This document shows positions 28,300 through 39,489 of a stretch of DNA of 64,000 nt, piece after piece. The notes under the pieces were generated by a model. It was not told where the DNA came from, ran no database searches, and saw only the letters and a program-made list of their open reading frames with translations. The stretch is from the human T2T-CHM13v2.0 reference genome, Homo sapiens. A program made the position numbers and the translations under genes. The stretch's first letter is position 1. Each line of letters begins with the position of its first letter. The DNA lies in assembly GCF_009914755.1 (NCBI RefSeq), contig NC_060939.1; one strand, written 5' to 3'.

Positions 28300-29610
28300 T
28301 ACTCTGGAGGTGGGAAATCCAGAGGCAGTGTCAGCTCTTGGCCATCCCTAAAGTATAGTCCTTCTCCTCATAGCCCAAAATAGCTGATGGAGCTCCAGAT
28401 ATTTCATCTGCACTCCAGGCAGCAAAACGGATGAAAGGACAAAGAACGATACGCCCTCTCTCTTTAAAGAAACATTCTGGATACCCCATACAATGTTTTA
28501 ATTTATATCACATTAGCCAGAACTTAATCACATGCTGTACCTAGCTGTAAAAGAAGATAAAGTCTTCTTCATCTGAGAATGAAAAAGTCTTTTGTCTGGG
28601 TGCGTGGTTGCTGCACAGAAAGTCACAGTTCTGTTACTGGGGGGAGGAAGATAAAAACAGATATTATCTGCCATGGTAATATTTTTAGAAGACCTTCTAC
28701 TTTATTAAATTTAAACCTAGCATAGGATTAAAATGTTCTTGGCCAATGTGGTCCAGTTGTCCCCTTTTTTGTACATGCAAACACACACACACACACACAC
28801 ACAATGCTTATAAATGACCCATGTAAAAACAGGCCCTGTCAGAATAGAAGCTTACCTCTGCAGAGCCAGGGGACTGATGGAGTCTCTAGGCTCTGAAAGG
28901 TGGTCAGGTGCTTCCAGGGGCCAGCAGCTAGAAGCAACAGAAAGTGCATCCAGGCCATGTCAGATGGCAGGCCAAGTAGTTAATTGGGGCCAGGAAGATT
29001 TTATAAGGAGTAAGTGGGTGTTAAAGTGGTCCAAGTACAATCATCAGGTGGCTGATTCAGGAGCAGAATCTCCACTCTAATTGTGACTGGCAAGAGAAAA
29101 AGGCAAAGATAGAGTCCTGATAGGCTGAAACTCTGACACTATGAATTGGCTAATCCAATCCTCATTTCCAACTTTCTTTTCCTTTGCCCACCCCCACCAG
29201 GAAAAGCTAAATACTCTCCTTCTCAGGCTTCCCTGTAACTGCAGGGAATAGGGGCATTTGATACAGTTCTGATCTACGAGATGCAAGTTAAAATATGATG
29301 GGGACTTCTGGGAAAACATCTACTTCCTAATTAAAAGGGCAGATAAAACTGGAGCCCACTCTTTACCCCATGTCTTCTTGTCTTGAATGTGGATATGATA
29401 GCTAGAGTTATGGTAGCCATACTGCAACCATGAAGGAAAGACCAACCAAATTATGAAGCCAATGCTTTGACATCATTGAACCCCTGAACCAAGACCAGCA
29501 ATCACCTCTAGATTTGTTATGTGACAAAAATTAACCTCAATACTTCAAGCAACTCAAGCAGCTCTTAGCTGTTATTTATGACTTACAGCCCAACACATTG
29601 CTACCTGACA
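28300..29610. mobile_element. Old ERVL/MaLR LTR fragments (~28300-28680 and ~29120-29610), with a (CA)n at 28780-28802 between them
   Basis: cacattagccagaacttaatcacatg and the reverse-oriented gatacagttctgatctacgagatgcaag are typical of MLT1J/K or LTR16/33 families. Confidence 0.5.
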
Positions 29611-29757
29611 CAAATACAGTGGCAAGAACAGGATCATAAGAAGAGCAGGGCCTCTAGGTATGAGACAGAAGCACAGTTATGACAGGAGATTATAGAATCA
29701 GGTGGGAAAAGTCCAAAAGCAGTCAGATCAACCTGGTTTCAACTCTGGATGTTGACA

Positions 29758-30443
29758 GTATGGTAAGCAGACTAAGCACTCCCAAAGATGTCCATACCCT
29801 AATCCCGGGAACATGACAAAAGAAACTTTGCAGATGTGATTAAGATTACAGACCTTGAGATGGGGGAATTATCTGCGTGGGCCCAATCTAAACACACAAG
29901 TCCTTCAATGCAGAGAACATTTCCTTGTTGTGGTAAGAGCTAGGAAATTTGAGATATAAAAAAATGGAGGAAAAATTTGAAGCGTGAGAAGGATTCACCC
30001 TACTGTTACTGCCTTTGGAGATGGAGGAAGGCGCTATGAAGACAGGGTCCTCAGCTGACAGCCAACAAAGAAACAGGGATCTCAGACGTAGAGCTGTAAA
30101 TCATTTAATTCTGCTTAAAGTCTGAATAAGCAAGAAACCAGATGCTTCTCTAAAGTCTCCAGAAAGAAATGTAGCCCTGCCAATACTTTGATTTAAGCAG
30201 GTGATCAGAGAAACCTGTGTCAAACGTCTACCCCAACCCTTACAGTAGCAAGATAATAAATGTGTGTTGTTTAAACTAAGGTGGTGGTAATTTATTATGG
30301 CAGCAATTGAAAACTAATACAGATTTTGGCACCACAAGTGAAGTACTACTATAACAAATATAAAATGTGAAGTGGTTTCAAAACTGGGCAACAGGCAGTG
30401 GCTGGAAAAATTTTGAGGAGCATGACCAGAAAAGGCTAAATTA
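29758..30443 (+). mobile_element. MLT1D/E-like LTR plus the start of the MaLR internal sequence
   Basis: cccaaagatgtccataccctaatccc...gcagcaattgaaaactaataca, followed by gattttggcacc (start of MLT-int). Confidence 0.8.
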
Positions 30444-33400
30444 AGATCAATATCACTGTAATAGCCAAACTGCCCAATGCAATCTATAGATTCAATGCTA
30501 TTCCTATCAAACTACTAACATCATTTTTCCCAGAATTAGAAAAAACTATTCTAAAATTCATATGAAACCAAAAAGGAGCCCAAATAGCCAAGCAACCCTA
30601 AGCAAAAAGAACAAAGTTACCCAACTTCAAACTATACTATAAGACTACAGTAACCAAAACAGCATGGTACTGGTACAAAAACACACACATAGATCAATGG
30701 AACAGAATAGAGAATCCAGAAATAAAGCGACACACCTACAGCCATCTGATCTTTAACAAAGTTGACAAAAACAAGCAATGGGGAAAAGACTCCCTGTTCA
30801 ATAAATGATGCTGGTATAGCTGGCCAGCCATAAGCAGAAGAAAGAAACTAGACCCCTACCTTTCACCACATACAAAAATTAACTCAAGATAGATTAAAGA
30901 TTTACATTTAACACTTCAAACCATAAGCATCCTAGGAAACACCATTCTGGACATCAACCTTGGGAAAGAATTTATAACTGAGCCCTCAAAAACAATTGCA
31001 ACAAAAAGAAAGATGAACAAGTGGGACCTAGTTAAAGAGCTTCTGCACAGCAAAACAAACTATCAACAGAGTAAACAGACAACCTACAGAATGGGAGAAG
31101 ATATTTGAAAACTCTGCATCTGACAGAAGACTAATATGCAGAATCTATAACTTAAGCAATTGAACAAGCAAAAAAAAAATCCATACAACTCTATTAAAAA
31201 GTGGGCAAAGATATTAACAGACATTTCTCAGAAGAAGACATACAAGCAGCCAAAAAACATGAAAGGATGCTCAATATCACTAATCATCAGAGAAATGCAA
31301 ATCAAAACCACAATGAGATACCACTCATACCAGTCAGAATGGCTATTATTAAAAAGTCAAAAAACAGCAGATGTTGGCACGACTGCAGAGAAAAGGGAAT
31401 GCTTATATACTGTTGGTGGGAATGTAAATTAGTTCAACCACTGTGGAAAGCAGTTTGGAGATTTCTCAAAGAACTTTAAACAGAACTACCATTTGATCCA
31501 GCAATCTCATTTACTGGGTATGTATCCAAAAGAAAATAAAACATTCTACCAAAAAGACACATGCACTCATGTCTTCATTGCAGCACTATTCACCATAGCA
31601 AACCTAGTTTTCTTTAACTAGGTCCCACTTGTCCATAGCAAAGACATTAAATCTACCTAGGTGCAGATCAATGGCAGATTAAAGAAAATGTCATACAAAT
31701 ACACCATGGAATATAATGCTGCCATCAAAAAAGACAAAATCATGTCCCTTGCGTTGACATAGGTGAAACTGGAGGTCATTTTCCTAAGTGAATTGACGCA
31801 GGAACAGAAAACCAAATACTGCATGTTCTCACTTATAAGTGGTAGCTAAACATTGGGTGCTCACGGACATAAATATGGCAAAAATAGATACTGGAGACCA
31901 TTGGGGGAGAAGCCAGGAGTGAGGCAAGGGTTGAAAAACTAACTACGGGACCTAGAAGTAGCTTCTCCGTTCCTTCTCAAATCTCTGCCTGGTTCAGCCT
32001 GCCTGCCTCCACTCCTGCCTCCACCATGTCCATCAGGGTGACCCAGAAGTCCTACAAGGTGTTCAATTCTGGCCCCCGGGCCTCCTAATGGGATCATTAG
32101 TACCCCAAACCTTAGCATCATGCAATATACCCTTATAACAACCCTGCACATGTACCCCCTGAATATAAAAGTTAAAAAAAATTATTGACTAAGCTTGTTG
32201 AGCTTCTCCCCAGTGGGCAGCAGCAGCTTCCGAGATGTCCTGGGCACCAGCATGGGTCTGTGTGGAGGCTATGCGGGGCCAGCGTATGGGAGGCATCACA
32301 GCCGTCACAGTCAACCAGAACGTGCTGAGCCCCCTTAACCTGGAAGTGGACCCCAACATGCAGGGCATGCACACCCAGGAGAAAGAGCAGGTCAAGACCC
32401 TCAACAAGTCTGCCTCCTTCGTTGACAAGGTACTGTTCCTGGAACAGCAGAACAAGATGCTGGAGACCAACTGGAGCCTCCTGCAGCAGCAGAAGCCGGC
32501 TCAGAGCAACATGGACAACATGTTCGAGAGCTACATCAACAACCTTCTGGGGCAGCTAGAGATCCTGGGCCAGGAGAAGCTGAAACTGGAGGCAGAGCTT
32601 GGCAACATGCAGGGGCTCTGCATGTTTTTCGTGAAGGAGGACTTCAAGAAAAAGTACGAGGACGAGATCAATAAGCCTACAGAGATGGAGAATGAATTTG
32701 TCCTCATCAAGAAGGATGTGGATGACGCTTACATGAACAAGGTAGAGCTAGAGTTTCGCCTGGAGGGGCTGACTGACGAGATCAACTTCCTCAGGCAGCT
32801 GTATGAAGAGGAGATCCCAGAGCTGCAGTCCCAGATCTTGGACACATCTGTGGTGCTGTCCATGGACAACAGCCGCTCCCTGGACATGGACAGCATCATC
32901 GCGGAGGTCAAGGCGCAGTACTAGGAAATCGCCAACTGCAGCCGGCCCGAGGCTGAGATTATGTAGCAGATCAAGTATGAGGAGCTGCAGACACTGGCTG
33001 GGAAGCACTGGGATGACCGGCGTCTTACAAAGACGAAGATTTCTGAGATGAACCGGAACATCAGCCGGCTCCAGGCTGAGATTGAGGGCCTGCCTCAAAG
33101 GCCAGAGCAGAGAGCTTCCCTGGAGTCCGTCATCGCAGATGCTGAGCAGCGGGGGGAGCTGGCCATTAAGGACGCCAAGACTAAGCTGTCCGAGCTGGAG
33201 GCCGCCCAGCAGCGGGCCAAGCAGGACATGGCACATGGCACGGCAGCTGCCTGAGTACCAGGAGCTGATGAACGGCAAGCTGGTCCTGGACATCGAGATC
33301 GCCACCTACACGAAGCTGCTGGAGGGCTAGGAGAGCCGGCTGGAATCTGGGATGCAGAATATGAGTATCCACAGGAAGACCACCAGTGGCTATGCAGGTG

Positions 33401-33968
33401 CGCTGAGCTCGGCCTACCGGAGCGTCACAAGCCTTGACCTCAGCTAAGGCCTGGGACTCCAGCTTTGGCTCTGGCCGGGCCTCCAGCTCTTTCAGCCGCA
33501 CCGGCTCCATCAGGGCCGTGGTTGCGAAGACGATCAAGACCCGCGATGGGAAGCTGGTGTCCGAGTCCTCTGATGTTCTGCCCAAGTGAATGGCCACGGC
33601 AGCCCCGCCCAACCTATCCCTCCTGCTGCTGCCTCAGGGCCTGAGAGGGAGGCCGCTGTGCAGGGGAGCACAGGGAACAGGAGGCCCACCTGAGGCTCAG
33701 CCCTGGCCCTCAGCCCACCTGCGGGGAAGTTTACTGCCTGGGGGACCTGCCTTGCCCATGCCTCCAATTACAAAACAATTCCATTTTTTTTCCCAAAATA
33801 AAACCTCAGCTAGCTCTGCAAAAATAAAAATAAAAATAAAAAAACTATGGGGTACTATGCTCAGTACCTAGGTGATGGGATCATTAGTACCCCAAACCTT
33901 AACATCATGCAATATACCCTTATAACAAGCCTGCACCTGTACCCCCGAATATAAAAGTTAAAAAAAAT
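30444..33968 (+). mobile_element. 5'-truncated L1PB-like element, split by the KRT8 retrocopy (L1 parts 30444-31949 and 33843-33968)
   Basis: The ORF2 C-terminal region and 3'UTR resume seamlessly across the pseudogene TSD (gggttgaaaaact...ggtactatgctcagtacctaggtgatgggatcatt). Confidence 0.92.
31950..33842 (+). pseudogene. Processed keratin-8 pseudogene (near full-length retrocopy; possibly the locus named KRT8P24, number not verified)
   Basis: It has a KRT8-like 5'UTR, ATG at 32026 (MSIRVTQKSYKV), an intronless rod domain, and the terminal ...DVLPK* at 33587-33589. AATAAA is at 33797-33802 and the A-rich tail is at 33820-33842. The TSD is aactacggg (31941-31949) / aactatggg (33843-33851). 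It is disabled by stops (e.g. TAG 32922-32924), frameshifts and insertions. Confidence 0.95.
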
Positions 33969-35989
33969 TATTGACTAAGCTTGTTAAACAATGCTTCAGT
34001 ATTACACTGAAAGGACATGCTGTCTACCTTTTTGCCTTATTCTTTTTAGTGATGTTTAGAAACCTATCACTAAAGGACACCAAAATGAGGGAATTTCAGG
34101 CACCAGTCAATAGATGTATATGGATAGATACATACGAGTAGATATATTAGCATTCTAATATATAATTCTCCCCTAGAAACCACCTATATGAATGGCTTTG
34201 TTGATAAAGCAAATAATGAAATTAGAGAGGAACTTTCCTGAAAGGCTAATTCCATCCGACGAGCTCAGTTATTTTTCAATCAAAAATAAAATTTGACCAA
34301 CTGGGTGTAGTCTGGTGATCCAAGTGTAGCCAAGACTTTCATTTGCTTTTCAGTTAGGTTTTCTCTGGGTAGAATCACACTGGCAAGGTGGTTAGACAGA
34401 GGCAATCTGCAATAAGAAAAAGCCACTGGGAGCAGACAGACTTGAATTTGATTCTAACCATTCCATCAGCTGATAGTCTCTAAACCTTGGCTTCCTCACC
34501 TGCAAGTGGGTAACTCTAAGTATCAAAAACAATGGAGCACTGTTCCCAAACCACTGATTATCTGTAAAAATGTTTTCTCCAGTTTATATAGAAATAGTAA
34601 TAATCTTAAAATACATGGGGGAAAAGGAGGACCTTATAGTGAAGTTCTATTTAAACAGTGCTTTAAAAAAAAAAAATTTGAGATTGTCCTTCCTATTTTC
34701 TGTGTGTGGTAAAATGTCTTTTCTGTTAGGAAGTAATGGCAAACATGGATACTAGGCAGCTTTTTAAATGGCTCTACCTGGCAAAACATAAGTTAGCAGC
34801 CCTATTTCTATCTCCAAATGATTTTGGATATGCTCTGGGAATCACTGTAAGGGAGTCTGTGGATTTACTTTGTGAACTAAAAATACGTGTACAAAGTAAG
34901 CTATTATTACTGTAGTCTCCCAAAGTGCCGTTGCTTGTGTAGTGATGAAAATATCGTCCAGCTGGTCCTAAAGATGCCTAAAGAACGCACACTAAAAAAA
35001 AATGCTTTTTCCCAGGAGACTAACTGGGACAGGCCTCTCACAGAGAGACAGGTCAGGGTCTGCCTCTGGGTTAAGCCCCAGACTTCTTTTTAAGAAGAGG
35101 AATTTTATCTTACAAGACTTTTGCTTTTAGTGGGAAAAGTGAATAGCATGGTAGGATTCTCTATAGAGACTAAGGAACCTCTCTGGCTTGAGTAAGTGAT
35201 GAGAGGGAGGAATGCAGTTTGCTGCAGGAAAGCAGGGATAAGAGAAGGGAGGATCTAGCGCAAATTTGAGAACCTGTATGGGGCTGGTGGAGCTGGAAAT
35301 GGCCAGAAGGGGCAACACAGTAGTGTTTGTATGTGGGCTGGGAGAGCCCAGGACTTCTGTCATGATAAATAGTGCTGAAATAATCCCACGGAGCCTGGTC
35401 AGCTTCTTGAGCTGACCACATGTTTTAAACTTCTTTTTTTCATTTTGCATAGAAGTACTTCATTGATAGATAAGTTACAAAGATAAGTCAGATATGAAAA
35501 CTAAATTCATCCATATCCTAATTTAGCCACAATCCTTATTCACATTTTAGCGACAAAAACCACCTCAGGCTGCTTTTCCCCTATACGTATTTTTTTTTTC
35601 AAACAAAAACAACATAATATTGTGCATACGGTTTTCCACCTGCTTTTTTAACAAAAAAAAAATCTCCATATCACTGAATAGACGATGTTACTTTAACAGC
35701 TATATAGTACCATTGTGCAAATGTGGCATAATTTAGCAAATCGGAGAGGGGGTGGATTTAGATTCCTACACACACACACACACAATAGGACAGTGATAGC
35801 CATTGTTGCTAAATCCTTCCATACAAAATGCTAATTGCAGACGCCAGATAGCGGGTATATAGGTGTATATTGTACCATTCTTCCAACTTTTTAGCATGAT
35901 TGCAATTTTTCATAGAAAGATTTGGAGGAAGAAGTTTTTTTTGACATATCCTCTCACAGATCCCAGTCTGATTATCTCAGAATGAGCTC

Positions 35990-36950
35990 TCAGAATGAGC
36001 TCCCAGAGGTAGCATTGCCGGGCCCCGGGCTGCCTGTTTTTCGTCTGAAAGGCGGGCGGCGGATGAGTTTCCCGGATGAGCTCCGGCTGCGTGAGCTCCC
36101 CGCGGGCAGGCGCAGCGCCCCCTCGGTGCGGCGGCGGGAGCTGCAGGCCGCCAGCTCCGCGGCCGCCCCGGGCTGTGCCCTTCTCGAGAAGCCCGGCCGG
36201 GCGGCGGGGAGAGCGTCTGGTCCGCGCTTTCGCACGGTCTCCCTGAAAAAGACCAGCGGAGCACCAGGCTGCCAGGCGCACAGCATCAAAGCTGCGGGCG
36301 CCCCGAGAAGAAAAGGGCCAGTGTGCATTCCGTGAAACTCCAAAGCCCTTCTCCAGGCACAGCGACTCGGGGGGAGGGGAGAGGGGGCTGGAACTGCGCT
36401 TTCACAGTGTGGGCAGTCAGGCCCCGGGTGCCCCGCCGGGACAATAGGGCCTCAGTGCTGGATACTAAGCGGCCCGGGGGCCTAGTGGGAGCATAAAGGG
36501 AAGCTGTGTCTCCGCAGCACTCAAGTTCACCTTTGTCTTCGGAGTCCAAGTCAAAGAAGGCTAAAGAAGGAGCCTGCAGGCTCTCCTCCCTCGTCATGGG
36601 TCTGGTCGATAGGAAGGGCCAAGTTCTTTCCCTAAGATGCTGGGAATTCAGATGAAAATAGAAATGGGCTTGCCTGCTAGCTGGGACAGCGGTCAGTGTT
36701 TCTATCGAGAGCTGAGTCCTCTGGCCAGGACCTACGAGCAGGGGGACGCCAGTACAAATTACTGGAGCCAGCCGTCCGGAAGGCGCCTATGCACACGTGT
36801 TGTACAGCAATGCGAACTTGCCCTGGTTGGGGAGAAGTAGCGGGTGGGAGGTGGGCAAGTTTCTTCCCAGCAACTATCCGCTGTCCACACTCCGCTACTG
36901 CCTCTTCCCCAGAGAGAGAGGCCGCCCTGTATTCTGGCTGATAGCAGCAG
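35990..36950. promoter_or_regulatory. Intergenic CpG island (core ~36010-36490); candidate enhancer or unannotated promoter
   Basis: GC and CpG density are very high in an otherwise CpG-depleted, repeat-rich region. No recognisable repeat or protein homology. Confidence 0.7.
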
Positions 36951-37310
36951 CCCACTGATCAGTGGTGGAAGGTGACTTAGGCTACGGTCCTTACACTTGG
37001 CCTTGGCCGTTTTCTCCTGGAGTTGACACAAGATCGGCTGGCTGGGGTCAGGTCTCTATTGCCACTTAAGGGAAAACAAAACCTGGCTCTTGGCTGAATT
37101 GCCTAAATAATGCCAATGGCTTGCACAAGACAGAGGAGTAGCTGTGATTGAAGAGCAATTCACAACCCCTGCCCTGCAACACACGCAATCCACACAACCC
37201 AGTTGTACATCAATTTCCTAATCCTTCTCTTTGTTATAGAGGGTCAAGATAGTTAACAACAACAACAAACAACCAAACCAAACAAATAAATAAACTAACA
37301 CACAAACTTT

Positions 37311-38076
<766 letters not shown>

Positions 38077-38890
38077 AACACACAAACTTTGAACTCTTGA
38101 TCTGAGTTTTATTCTGACTTTACCACTTACTATGACTTTGGACAACTAACTTAACCTCATTCAATTGTGTTAGTTTGTGAAATGAGCATATGAAATCTGC
38201 CTTATAGAGTTGCTGTGACAATCAAAAGAGAAAGCATACTGAACATTCCTAGCATGGCAGTAAGCTTTCAAACAAAGGTACCTATTTATTTGTTTTTCAG
38301 ATAAAGGTATCTTTTATTTGTTTTAAAAAATTTGATTATTCCTAATATTGTTCCAAATGGATTTGAGGCTACTTACACAAATACAGAGAGAGTACTATGA
38401 CATAATAAATGAATGCTTTCAGGTTTTGTTCTGTATACTTCTGAGTTCATTATTTACAACAAGAATGTATTATTCATCCATTAACTTATGAAATAAATGT
38501 AAGAAGCAACTGATGAGAAAAAAACAAGAAGGAAATTAAGGTGAAAGCAGTGGTGACAGTATATAAAGTGTTTCACAGAAGGGCAAGTAAACTTTCTAGA
38601 AGTTTAGGCTGTCAATTTAATTCTGAGCTCCCAAGCAAACATGTCAAATGGGGGAACAGGATCAGTTTCATAATTCATGCTGTTCACTGATGAAGCCAAA
38701 CCTGTTTCTCAGGGTCACAAACTATTTCTTTGGAAATCTCTCTTGAAAGTTTTTGTGAAAATAAACACTGCAAGAGAGATTAATTTAAGCAGTTAATTGA
38801 GGAGAACCCCGGAAAGAAAGTCTTGGGTAAAATACCTGTGCTCAATGCCTTTAGGTGAAGGTGGAGGGTGGAGATTTAGGACATAGTAGC

Positions 38891-39280
38891 TATATTAGTC
38901 TGCTCAGACTTCCATGACAAAGTGACACAGGCTGGGTGGCTTTAATCACAGAAATTCATTTTCTCACTGTTCTGGAGGCTGGAGTCCAAGATCAAGGTGC
39001 CAGCGTTGGTTCCTGGTGAGGCCTCTCTTCCTGGCTTGCAGATGGCTGCCTTCTGGCTGTGTCCTCACATGACCTTTCTTCTGAGCATGCTTAGAGAGAG
39101 AGAATTCTGGTGTCTCCTTCTCTTATAAGGACACCGGTCCTGTCATATTAGGGCTCCATCCTTATGACCTCATTTAATCTTAATTATCTCCTTGAAGGGC
39201 CTATTTCCACATACAGTTACATTGGAGGTGGGAGCTTAAACATATGAATGGAGGCAGGGGACACAATTCAGTTCATAACA
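38891..39280 (-). mobile_element. MaLR solo LTR, MLT1A-like
   Basis: tattagtctgctcag...ttctggaggctggagtccaagatcaaggtgccagc...gacacaattcagttcataaca. Confidence 0.88.
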
Positions 39281-39489
39281 GGAGCCAAAGTGGGGAGGGA
39301 GGAGTGTCACTAGAACATAGGGAAGAAGAGCAGTCCAGACCTGCCATGAGGACCTTATTTCCTCAGGACACAGCCTTATTCTACCTGGTAAAGAATGTGG
39401 AGCTAAGAGGCTCTTTGTCACAGGGTGAAACTTGGGCAGAGTCTGACAAGGGACCAACATGTGGCATCACTGCATGTCAACGTGAGGAC

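Noticed and set aside
32086-32199. An independent young L1 insertion into the pseudogene
   Set aside because: It has no TSD, it includes the unique 3' flank of the neighbouring old L1, and host sequence appears deleted. It is better explained as a local templated copy.
32748-33871. Long antisense and alternative-frame ORFs in the keratin region
   Set aside because: They are shadows of the KRT8 pseudogene.
35910-36343. Overlapping 95-137 aa ORFs on both strands in the CpG island
   Set aside because: They are expected from stop-codon scarcity in GC-rich DNA. Several use non-ATG starts, and none resembles a known protein.
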